The notes below the pieces were generated by a model. The model did not search any database, was not told where the DNA came from, and saw only the letters and a program-made list of their open reading frames with translations. From Clavibacter sp. (lineage in GTDB: Bacteria > Actinomycetota > Actinomycetes > Nanopelagicales > Nanopelagicaceae): a stretch of DNA of 64,000 bases. How positions within the stretch are numbered: the first letter of the stretch is position 1; each line of letters begins with the position of its first letter. Below, in pieces: positions 29,885-38,144 of the stretch. The stretch covers positions 19,129 to 83,128 of the forward strand of contig BGOH01000006.1 in NCBI GenBank assembly GCA_003569145.1, given 5' to 3'. Position numbers and translations under genes: made by a program.

Positions 29885-30733
29885 ATGGGAGCGCCAGCAC
29901 TTTTTCTCTTTCTTGCCTTCTATCTCTATCCTGCTCTACAAAATCTACAATTTGCGACAAGGAGATGGGATGGAATCTCAGAGCCCGAGGCAGTTGGATT
30001 TAGAAACTTTACAAATCTCTTAACTAATGATGATCTTTTCTACAAGACACTTGGAAATAATTTAGAATTCACTTTTTTAGTAGTACTTTTTCAAACCGCT
30101 TTTTCATTACTTTTTGCAATATATTTAGTAAATAATTCAAAGATAAATGTATTTCTAAGAACATTATTTTTCTTTCCCACGATTCTCTCATCGGTATCTG
30201 TGGGTATGATTTGGCTCTTTCTTTATGACCCAAATTTTGGTGCGATTAATCTTTTCTTTAACAAATTAGGCTTAGAAAGTTTTGCGCTAAATTGGTTGGG
30301 CAGTGAAACCAGCGCCTTATACGCCATTGCGTTTTCGCAAGTTTGGTTTCATACAGGCCAGATGATGGTGGTTTACATCGCAGGATTGCAACAAATTCCT
30401 AAAGAGCTGTATGAAGCAGCAGAGGTAGATGGAGCCTCACGCTGGAAGCAGTTCACCAGTGTTACCTGGCCAATGGCTATGCCAACAACCTTAGTGGTTA
30501 TGGCATACACCACAATTCAATCATTTAGAGCCTTTGATTTGATCATGGTGATGACTAACTCAACAGCTGGGCCAAATAACTCAACAAGTATTTTTAGTAC
30601 TTTGGTCTACTTCACATTGTTTAATGAGTTGCGTTTAGGATATGCCGCCGCTCAGACGATATTTATGGTTATAACTATGTTGCTAATTACCTGGATTCAA
30701 CGCCGATCCTTCGGCAGAAGGTATGAGAGATAG
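29885..30733 (+). CDS. Sugar ABC transporter permease (MalF/UgpA-like); the start codon is uncertain
   Basis: The 282-aa ORF has 6 TM segments and an EAA loop (ELYEAAEVDGASRWKQF). The in-frame upstream sequence encodes a typical R/K-rich N-terminus but has no canonical start (see finding). Confidence 0.85.
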   Translation: MGAPALFLFLAFYLYPALQNLQFATRRWDGISEPEAVGFRNFTNLLTNDDLFYKTLGNNLEFTFLVVLFQTAFSLLFAIYLVNNSKINVFLRTLFFFPTILSSVSVGMIWLFLYDPNFGAINLFFNKLGLESFALNWLGSETSALYAIAFSQVWFHTGQMMVVYIAGLQQIPKELYEAAEVDGASRWKQFTSVTWPMAMPTTLVVMAYTTIQSFRAFDLIMVMTNSTAGPNNSTSIFSTLVYFTLFNELRLGYAAAQTIFMVITMLLITWIQRRSFGRRYER

Positions 30734-31550
30734 CATGTTATATAGGTTTTCGCGCTTCACCTCACTCTTTACTTTTGCTTCTCTCATTTTGGTGCCTTCA
30801 ATGATTGTGATCATGGGCTCTTTTAAGACTGATGCTGAGGTATATAACAAGCCTCTCTCTTTGCCGGATACCTGGAATCTAGATAACTATAGACGGCTAC
30901 TAAGTGAGAGTGATCTTGAGATAAGCTTCCGTAATAGCGTTGTAGTCACAGGTTTATCAGTGTTAATTACATTGATATTTGCAAGTCTAGCTTCTTTTGC
31001 AATTGCCAGGATGATTACTGTGACAGGGAAAGTATTAGCCGCTCTCTTTGCTTTGGGATTAGCTATTCCAGCACAGATAAATATTGTTCCAGTTTATTAC
31101 ATATTCCGTGATTTAGGATTGACAAATTCTTTCTTTGGATTAGTGATTATAAATGTGACTACCACGCTTCCAATATCAATCTTCATTTTAACGGCTTTCT
31201 TCCGAGAAATTTCCAGGGAGATGTATGAGGCATCAGAGGTTGATGGAGCTTCGCCACTGCGAATTTATCGTTCCATAGCTCTACCTCTTTCTCGGCCAGC
31301 AATGGGAGCCACTGCAATATTTCTGTTTGTCATTAATTGGAACGATCTATTATGGCCACTTTTATTGATTCAAGAATCGGATAAGAAGACTCTGCCACTT
31401 GCGATGCTGGCCTATCGTGGCGAGTATTTTGTGAGTTTCTCAATGCTATTCACGGCAGTTATGGTCGCCTCGCTTCCGATGGTAATTATGTATTTAATGA
31501 TGCAGAAATCATTTGTTGCAGGTCTGACAGCCGGGGCGGTTAAAGGCTAA
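30723..31550 (+). CDS. Sugar ABC transporter permease (MalG/UgpE-like)
   Basis: The 275-aa ORF has an EAA loop (EMYEASEVDGASPLRIY). No ATPase gene lies in the cluster. Confidence 0.88.
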   Translation: MRDSMLYRFSRFTSLFTFASLILVPSMIVIMGSFKTDAEVYNKPLSLPDTWNLDNYRRLLSESDLEISFRNSVVVTGLSVLITLIFASLASFAIARMITVTGKVLAALFALGLAIPAQINIVPVYYIFRDLGLTNSFFGLVIINVTTTLPISIFILTAFFREISREMYEASEVDGASPLRIYRSIALPLSRPAMGATAIFLFVINWNDLLWPLLLIQESDKKTLPLAMLAYRGEYFVSFSMLFTAVMVASLPMVIMYLMMQKSFVAGLTAGAVKG

Positions 31551-32269
31551 TGAGCAACATTGCGCCGATAATCGGTAATCCGCCAAGACTGCAAGGACAA
31601 GTGCGCTTGCTTCTTGATCATATTGAGAGCCAAGGCCTAAAAGGTGGTGACCGTCTGGAATCAGAGCGAGAACTAGCCAAAATCCTTGGGATTAGCCGCC
31701 CATCACTTCGAGAAGCGATTCAGATTCTGCAAGTTCAGGGACGCCTTAGAGCTAAACATGGAATTGGAATTTTCGTTCTAGATCAAGCAGACGGGGAGAA
31801 ATTAAGAGAGTCTTTAAGGGCTGCGCAACATCGCATTGAAGAGTTGTTTCAAATGCGCGAAATTTTGGAAGCCCCAGCTGTTGAGTGGGCTGCTGAGAGA
31901 AGAAGCGAAGAGCAATTGGCTGAGATGATATTGGCAGCAAAAGCACTTAATCAGGCTATTGCAAGAAAACCTGTTGACTTTGAGAATTTAAGACGTCTAG
32001 ATATGGAATTTCATTTAACAATTGTCAGAAGTGCTCAGAATCAATTCTTGAATCAAACGCTTGGAACTTTGCAAGAAATTATGTATCACTCAATGGATAA
32101 CACTTTAAAGCTTCCTGGTCGTGTGGATAGCTCAGAGCATGAACACGGAATGATCTTGGATGCGATTGAAAAGCAAGATTCAATTACTGCTCGCTTGATG
32201 ATTATTCAACATATCCATAATGCCCGTGATGCTTGGCAGAAGTACTTAAAGAAACAGAGTGATATATGA
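31550..32269 (+). CDS. GntR-family transcriptional regulator, FadR subfamily (FCD domain)
   Basis: The 239-aa ORF has a winged-helix N-terminus (ESERELAKILGISRPSLREAIQIL) and an all-helical C-terminal domain. Confidence 0.85.
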   Translation: MSNIAPIIGNPPRLQGQVRLLLDHIESQGLKGGDRLESERELAKILGISRPSLREAIQILQVQGRLRAKHGIGIFVLDQADGEKLRESLRAAQHRIEELFQMREILEAPAVEWAAERRSEEQLAEMILAAKALNQAIARKPVDFENLRRLDMEFHLTIVRSAQNQFLNQTLGTLQEIMYHSMDNTLKLPGRVDSSEHEHGMILDAIEKQDSITARLMIIQHIHNARDAWQKYLKKQSDI

Positions 32270-33111
32270 GCCAAGTTCTATGCGTGGGTGTAGCAACAGT
32301 GGACAATATAGTTTTGGTGGATAAATACCCTGCTGCAAATCAAAGAGTTGTAGCACTTGATTCAACTCGAGCAGTAGGGGGCCCTGCAACAACTGCTGCA
32401 GTAACACTAGCAAGGCTAGGTATTGAGGTTTCGCTATCTTGTGTAATCGGAGATGATGAAGAGGGAAGATTTATCCTTGAAACTCTAAAAAATGAAGGTG
32501 TAGATACAAGTCATGTTGTAGTCGATGCAAATGTTAGAACTGCTAGAGGAACGATAGTTGTTTCAAAGAGCGAACAGAGCCGAGCGATAATGGTTATGCC
32601 TCATGATCAAATTCCTAAAAAGCCCCTTGATACCAGCAAATATCAATGGATTCACGTTGATCAAGCTGGAATGAGGGCGCTAAAGACTTGGGGAATTAGC
32701 AGAGGTGGATCTGCCAAGCTTTCCATCGATATTGGCTATGCCACTGAAGGATTAAATCCTGGTGATTATGATCTTTATGCGCCATCTGAAAATATAACAA
32801 CAGATACAACAAGCGCAGTCAAAGATAAGAACGTTGTTGTTATTTCCCAAGGCGAAAAAGGAAGTCTTTACTGCGATGGCCTTAGCTCTGGAAGTGTTCC
32901 TGCAATCAATACAGAAATTTTGAGCACACTTGGTGCTGGTGATGTTTTTCATGGCGCACTTGTTGCTGCGCAAGTTTGGAATAAAGAAATTAGCGAAGCA
33001 GTATTGATAGCAAATACTGTGGCAGGTCTTTCATGTAGAGGCCTTGATGGACAAAGTGGAATTCCTAGAAAGAGTGAGCTGGATGCCTATTTGGCTAAGG
33101 CGAAGATCTGA
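32266..33111 (+). CDS. PfkB/ribokinase-family sugar (acid) kinase
   Basis: The 281-aa ORF has the GAGD motif (TLGAGDVFHGAL) and an N-terminal GG dipeptide region. Confidence 0.85.
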   Translation: MSQVLCVGVATVDNIVLVDKYPAANQRVVALDSTRAVGGPATTAAVTLARLGIEVSLSCVIGDDEEGRFILETLKNEGVDTSHVVVDANVRTARGTIVVSKSEQSRAIMVMPHDQIPKKPLDTSKYQWIHVDQAGMRALKTWGISRGGSAKLSIDIGYATEGLNPGDYDLYAPSENITTDTTSAVKDKNVVVISQGEKGSLYCDGLSSGSVPAINTEILSTLGAGDVFHGALVAAQVWNKEISEAVLIANTVAGLSCRGLDGQSGIPRKSELDAYLAKAKI

Positions 33112-33148
33112 CGGGGATAATGGGTAATCGAGATATGGAAAGGAAGTA

Positions 33149-33451
33149 ATGATGGCCAAGGTGCCTGACTTTCTCCTCCACCATGATGGCGATTCAGTTG
33201 CTGTTGCAAATGATGATTTGCAACCTGGCACACTGCAAGGGCTATCAGTGAAGGAGCAGACTGCACATACTGCAGTATTAAATGAGCCAATTCCCTTAGG
33301 GCATAAGTTCGCACTTCGCGATCATGCAGAGGGCGAGGCGATAGTTAAATATGGAATTAAAGTAGGGATTGCATCTAAGGCAATCAAGAAGGGCGATTAC
33401 GTTCACACACACAACATGAGGAGTTATCGATGGGAAGCAAGCCGCGCTTAA
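33149..33451 (+). CDS. UxaA-family small subunit (SAF domain), SuyA-like
   Basis: The 100-aa ORF has the SAF signature IPLGHKFAL...GEAIVKYG..IG.A...I.KGDYVHTHN. Confidence 0.8.
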   Translation: MMAKVPDFLLHHDGDSVAVANDDLQPGTLQGLSVKEQTAHTAVLNEPIPLGHKFALRDHAEGEAIVKYGIKVGIASKAIKKGDYVHTHNMRSYRWEASRA

Positions 33452-34596
33452 CTGGATACCGTCGCCCTGATGGGTCGATGGGTATCCGTAATCACGTCAT
33501 CATCTTGCCAGTTGATGACTTATCAAATGCTGCTGCAGAAGCGGTAGCAAAAGTAGTGCCAGGCACTCTTGCCTTGCCTCATAGCTATGGACGCCTGCAA
33601 TTTGGCGAAGATCTTGAACTTACTTTCCGCACACTTATCGGCACCGGCCTAAATGGCAATGTCGCAGCGGTAGTAGTTATTGGAATTGAACCTAATTGGA
33701 CCCAGAGAGTTGCCAATGGCATCGCTAAATCTGGAAAACCGGTTGCTTCATTTTCTATTGAAGGCAAAGGCGATCTTCAGACAATTGCTGATGCAGCAAG
33801 AGTTGCTCAAGTCTTCTTGCAAGATGCATCAGAGATTGTCCGCGAGAGCGCAAGTGAAGGTGATCTAATCCTTTCAATTAAATGCGGAGAGTCAGATACC
33901 ACATCAGGTCTTGGCTCATGTCCAACCACATCAGAGGCAGTAGATCGTTGGGTTGCAGCTGGAGGAACAGTTTTCTTTGGAGAAACTTCAGAGCTAACTG
34001 GCGGCGAACATCTAATTGCAGATCGCTGCATAGATGATGCTTGCCGAAATCTCTTCCAAACTACCTATGACAACTACATCAAAGTAATTGAATCAACCGG
34101 TGCCAACTTGCTTGGTTCACAACCAACGCAAGGAAATATCGCAGGTGGTCTAACAACTATTGAAGAAAAAGCTCTAGGAAATATCGCTAAGACCGGATCT
34201 GTTCCAGTGGTTGGCGTATTAGCACCAGCTGAGGCGCCACCAAGAAATAAGCCAGGTCTTTATTTCATGGATACTTCATCAGCTGCTGCTGAATGTGTAA
34301 CTCTTATGGCGGCAGCAGGGGCTGTGATTCACCTATTTCCAACCGGACAAGGAAATGTGATTGGTAATCCAATTGAGCCAGTTTTGAAGTTAACTGCCAA
34401 TAAGAAGACCGCTGCATCAATGCCAGAACACATCGATCTTGATGTCTCTGGTCTATTGCGTCAGGAATACAACTTGACCAAAGCTGGCGACATGATGATG
34501 GATGTAATTGAGCGAACTGTTAATGGAAGACTCTGCGCTGCAGAGGCTCTTGGACATCGCGAATTCACCTTCACCAAGCTCTATATCAGCGCCTAG
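33430..34596 (+). CDS. UxaA/GarD-family large subunit, SuyB-like (dehydratase or sulfo-lyase)
   Basis: The 388-aa ORF starts GYRRPDGSMGIRNHVIILP. AGGAG precedes the ATG, and the gene overlaps the small-subunit gene by 22 nt. Confidence 0.8.
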   Translation: MGSKPRLTGYRRPDGSMGIRNHVIILPVDDLSNAAAEAVAKVVPGTLALPHSYGRLQFGEDLELTFRTLIGTGLNGNVAAVVVIGIEPNWTQRVANGIAKSGKPVASFSIEGKGDLQTIADAARVAQVFLQDASEIVRESASEGDLILSIKCGESDTTSGLGSCPTTSEAVDRWVAAGGTVFFGETSELTGGEHLIADRCIDDACRNLFQTTYDNYIKVIESTGANLLGSQPTQGNIAGGLTTIEEKALGNIAKTGSVPVVGVLAPAEAPPRNKPGLYFMDTSSAAAECVTLMAAAGAVIHLFPTGQGNVIGNPIEPVLKLTANKKTAASMPEHIDLDVSGLLRQEYNLTKAGDMMMDVIERTVNGRLCAAEALGHREFTFTKLYISA

Positions 34597-34634
34597 AAAT
34601 AACCCTCGATTACCCGAAGAAAAAGGACTGGTTC

Positions 34635-35588
34635 GTGATATTAATTAGTGAAGATGTTTGGAGCGCAGACTTTGAAGCGCTTGCTAACTCCTTTCCATTA
34701 ATTCGCGAACCAGAACTTTGGAGCAACGCAGAAGAGTTAAAGGCAAAGCTTGAATCTGCAACAGCATTAGTGGTTAGAAATCGAACTCAAGTAAGTAGAG
34801 ACTTGATTGCATCTGCTAAGAATTTAAAAATTATTGCAAGGGCCGGCGTAGGTCTAGATAATATTGATGTAAAAGCTGCCGATGAATTTGGCGTGGTGGT
34901 GAGCGCTGCTCTTGGCATAAATGCCACCGCTGTGGCTGAAGAGACGCTAGCTATGGCGCTTGCTCTATCTAGAAAGTTAATTGAACTAGATTCAAGCACA
35001 AGAGCAGGGCAATGGAATAGAAAAGCAGGAGTTGAGATCTCAGGAAAAACCTGGGGACTTTTAGGATTTGGCGCAACGGCTAGAGCAACTGCAGAACTTC
35101 TAAGAGGTTTTAAAGTAAAAGTCTTGGCCTATGATCCATTTGCAAAACCAGAGCAGAGTTATCTAGATTCCATAAATTGCCAGATGAGCTCACTTGATGA
35201 TGTGATTTCAAACTCGGACTTCATATCCGTCCATCTGCCAGCTACTAGTGAGACTAAAGAGATTATTGATAGTAAGAAGCTCTCGGTTATGAAAAAGAGC
35301 GCTCTGCTAATTAGCGTGGGGCGCGGTGAGGTAATTAACGAAGCTGACCTAGAGCAAGCTCTAAGAGATGGCGTTATTGCAGGAGCTGGCCTTGATGTTA
35401 GAGCTCAAGAACCTCCAAAGGATAAGCGCTTTATAGATCTTGATAACGTTGTTTTAGCTCCGCATATCGCTGGTATTACCCATGAAAGTCAGGCTGCAAT
35501 AAATAGAGTGTTAGTAAGTGAGATAAGAGCAGCCCTAAGTGGCCAGGTGCAAAGTTATGCCGTTGGCGCAGTAAAGCAGGCAAAGTAA
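34635..35588 (+). CDS. D-isomer-specific 2-hydroxyacid dehydrogenase (PGDH/GyaR-like)
   Basis: The 317-aa ORF starts with GTG. It has a GLLGFGATA Rossmann motif and the catalytic R/E/H pattern (SVGRGEV...APHIAG). Confidence 0.85.
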   Translation: MILISEDVWSADFEALANSFPLIREPELWSNAEELKAKLESATALVVRNRTQVSRDLIASAKNLKIIARAGVGLDNIDVKAADEFGVVVSAALGINATAVAEETLAMALALSRKLIELDSSTRAGQWNRKAGVEISGKTWGLLGFGATARATAELLRGFKVKVLAYDPFAKPEQSYLDSINCQMSSLDDVISNSDFISVHLPATSETKEIIDSKKLSVMKKSALLISVGRGEVINEADLEQALRDGVIAGAGLDVRAQEPPKDKRFIDLDNVVLAPHIAGITHESQAAINRVLVSEIRAALSGQVQSYAVGAVKQAK

Positions 35589-36598
35589 TGGCAATCTCTA
35601 TAGCTAGAGCCCTTGCTCATGCCACATCACTTCTTATTAAAGCCGGAGTCAATGAAGTTAATTCAGAAAAAACTGCTCGCGCCATAGTCACCTCTGATGT
35701 TTGGGGTAATCCCAGCCATGGACTTATGCGACTTCCTTTCTACTTGCAGAGATTGAGTCAGGGCGGGGTTAATCCAAAGGCTGAATTAAAAGTAATTTCA
35801 GAATTTGGCTCCACAATTTCACTTGATGGTCAAGATGGATTAGGACACTGGCAACTTCTTGATGGCGCGCAGATTGGCGTAGCTAAAGCAAAGCAGAGCG
35901 GAATCTCACTTGTTTCAATTGCTAACTCAAGCCACTGCGGGGCTCTTGGGGTTTATCTCTATCCGGCACTTGATGCAGAAATGATTTCAATGATTTTTAC
36001 CAATGGCCCAGCGGTGATGCCAGCAGTTGGTGGAAATTCACCAATTCTTTCCACCAGCCCTATCGCTTCAGGAATCCCATCAAATCCTCCAATGATTATT
36101 GATCTTTCAACATCTGCTGTTGCAAGAGGAAAAATAGCTAGCGCTGCTAAAGCTGGAGGATCGATTCCAGCGGGCTGGGCAGTTAATGAAAAAGGGGAAG
36201 CAATTACTGATGCCAAGCAAGCTCTTATGGGAATGCTTGCTCCACTTGGTGGAGCAAAGGGATTTGCACTTGGTTTGATGGTTGAGTCACTCTCAGCTGG
36301 CCTGAGTGGAGGATCTTTATCTAGAGCTATTCCAGATATGTTTAATCCAGAGGATGATAAAAAAGCGCAGGGGATTTCTCACACGGTAATAACTATTAAT
36401 CCTGCAAGCATCGGAAAAGATTCTAAAGAGGGGCTTGATGAACTTGCCGCAAGTATTACCGCAAGTGGGGGAAGAGTTCCAGGAAGCAAGCGAGTAAGTC
36501 CTAATAATTTAGGAAGTGGTGAGATAACCCTTGCTGATGCGGTAATTAGCGATCTTAACTCTTGGAGCCAAAAGCTTGGCTTAGAGAACATCTCATGA
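35588..36598 (+). CDS. Ldh_2 (malate/L-lactate/sulfolactate dehydrogenase) family oxidoreductase, ComC-like
   Basis: The 336-aa ORF has the motifs PSHGLMRLP, NSSHCGALG, DLSTSAVARGK and GGAKGFAL. Confidence 0.85.
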   Translation: MAISIARALAHATSLLIKAGVNEVNSEKTARAIVTSDVWGNPSHGLMRLPFYLQRLSQGGVNPKAELKVISEFGSTISLDGQDGLGHWQLLDGAQIGVAKAKQSGISLVSIANSSHCGALGVYLYPALDAEMISMIFTNGPAVMPAVGGNSPILSTSPIASGIPSNPPMIIDLSTSAVARGKIASAAKAGGSIPAGWAVNEKGEAITDAKQALMGMLAPLGGAKGFALGLMVESLSAGLSGGSLSRAIPDMFNPEDDKKAQGISHTVITINPASIGKDSKEGLDELAASITASGGRVPGSKRVSPNNLGSGEITLADAVISDLNSWSQKLGLENIS

Positions 36599-37563
36599 AG
36601 TTAACATCTAGCAATCTAAAGCATTTTTCAGTCATCTCTATATTTGTTGCTCTGGCATATGGGATAAGTCAATTGCAGGGCGCAATTTCTCCGCTATTTA
36701 TCTCACTGCTCTTTGGATTAGCTTTAGTTAATAGTGGTCTCTGGGGCGATGGCGGCAGAGAGGCTGCAAACTTTGCAGCAAAGAGATGTATGCGCCTTGG
36801 GGTAGTACTTCTTGGCTTTCAGATCTCAATTGACAAGTTCATTGAAGTTGGCCTAAAGGGGCTCTTGGCAGTAATTATTATTGTTGCCGTTGTTTTTCTA
36901 GGTCTTAGATATGCAGCTATGAAAAGTGGCTCCAGTGAATCTCTCTCTACTCTTATTGCAGGCGGCTTTGCAATCTGCGGTGCTACTGCAATAGCTGCGA
37001 TTAGTTCAACTCGAAAGAGTGAAGAGCGAGATGTTTCCTATGCTGTGGCACTTGTTGCCCTCTGTGGCACACTATCGGTTTTTGTCATTCCACCACTTGC
37101 AAATCTCTTATCGCTAAGTGATGCAACTGCAGGTGCTTGGATTGGCGCTGCAGTTCACGATGTTGGGCAAGTTATTGCCACCGCATCACTTATGGGCCCT
37201 GCCGCACTTGATAGCGCGGTGATTGTAAAGTTAACAAGAGTTGTTCTACTTATTCCACTAATTCTCTTGCTTTCCTATAAAACAAGTGAGAAGAAATCCT
37301 TAAAGAGCGCTACTCCAGTATTTGTTATTGGCTTTGTTGCCTGCGCCTTAATTGTTAATGCCCTCGCACTTCCAGAGAGCGCAATTAATCTAGGAAAAGA
37401 GAGTTCAAAGATCTTCTTATCTCTTGGTTTATTAGGAATGGGTCTTTCGGTGAAGTGGGCATCAATTAAGGCTCTTGGGGCAAAACCACTTGTTTTAGGG
37501 CTGCTTGCCTGGGTGGTTTGCGGGGGATTTGCCTTGGCTGTCATCACCTCCGTTGGGCTCTAG
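36595..37563 (+). CDS. YeiH/UPF0324 (putative sulfate exporter, PSE) family membrane protein
   Basis: The about 322-aa polytopic membrane protein has an ATG overlapping the upstream stop (ATGA). The ORF-track TTG at 36562 is less likely. Confidence 0.75.
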   Translation: MKLTSSNLKHFSVISIFVALAYGISQLQGAISPLFISLLFGLALVNSGLWGDGGREAANFAAKRCMRLGVVLLGFQISIDKFIEVGLKGLLAVIIIVAVVFLGLRYAAMKSGSSESLSTLIAGGFAICGATAIAAISSTRKSEERDVSYAVALVALCGTLSVFVIPPLANLLSLSDATAGAWIGAAVHDVGQVIATASLMGPAALDSAVIVKLTRVVLLIPLILLLSYKTSEKKSLKSATPVFVIGFVACALIVNALALPESAINLGKESSKIFLSLGLLGMGLSVKWASIKALGAKPLVLGLLAWVVCGGFALAVITSVGL

Positions 37564-37649
37564 GCGCGAATTTCCCTTTTCCAACCCCCTCTCATAAACT
37601 CCCCCTCTGCCCAAATGAGGGCTCGAGGCAAACAAAACGAGGTTAACGC

Positions 37650-37871
37650 TTGGCTAAAAAAGACGGTGCAATCGAAATCGAAGGCACTGTAGCTGAAGCG
37701 CTACCGAATGCGATGTTTCGCGTAGAGCTCACCAATGGACATAAAGTGCTTGCACATATCAGCGGAAAGATGCGACAGAACTACATTCGTATCTTGCCTG
37801 AAGATCGTGTGATTGTAGAACTTAGTCCATATGACCTCACCAGAGGTCGCATCATTTATCGGTATAAGTAA
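37650..37871 (+). CDS. infA: Translation initiation factor IF-1
   Basis: The 73-aa ORF starts with TTG and reads [29 protein letters not shown]. Confidence 0.97.
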   Translation: MAKKDGAIEIEGTVAEALPNAMFRVELTNGHKVLAHISGKMRQNYIRILPEDRVIVELSPYDLTRGRIIYRYK

Positions 37872-37887
37872 GAAAGGGAGTCTGATC

Positions 37888-38001
37888 GTGAAGGTTAAAC
37901 CAAGCGTGAAGAAGATTTGCGATAAGTGCAAAGTCATTCGTCGTAATGGTCGCGTTATGGTTATTTGCGACAATCTCCGACATAAACAACGCCAGGGTTA
38001 A
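37888..38001 (+). CDS. rpmJ: 50S ribosomal protein L36 (zinc-binding form); not in the supplied ORF track
   Basis: GTG-started 37 codons read [37 protein letters not shown], preceded by GGGAG. Confidence 0.95.
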   Translation: MKVKPSVKKICDKCKVIRRNGRVMVICDNLRHKQRQG

Positions 38002-38044
38002 ACCTGGTTATAAAAAAAACTAAATATAAGAACGCGTGGCGCGA

Positions 38045-38124
38045 CAGTAAGTAATTACTGACCTCCTGACTGAAAGCGGGAGCCAGAGAAAATTCTCTGG
38101 ATAGGCGTTGCGGAGGACTTTCAG
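38045..38124 (+). ncRNA. Structured 5' leader of the alpha operon (candidate r-protein autoregulatory element)
   Basis: Two hairpins are present: 38045-38060 (a GTAA loop) and 38083-38100. Two crossing helices also form, 38062-66 with 38112-16 and 38070-76 with 38118-24. Confidence 0.4.
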
Positions 38125-38144
38125 ATTATGGAAAGAAGTTATAG

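Noticed and set aside
24595-37563. The sugar/sulfonate block as a recently acquired mobile genomic island.
   Set aside because: No integrase, transposase, tRNA target, flanking direct repeat or obvious compositional shift is visible. I therefore call it only an insertion relative to conserved synteny.
37581-37621. A C-rich imperfect inverted repeat (CCCTCTCAT ... ATGAGGG) upstream of infA.
   Set aside because: Only about 5 contiguous base pairs form, with a bulge and a ~20-nt loop. That is too weak to call a structure or an operator.
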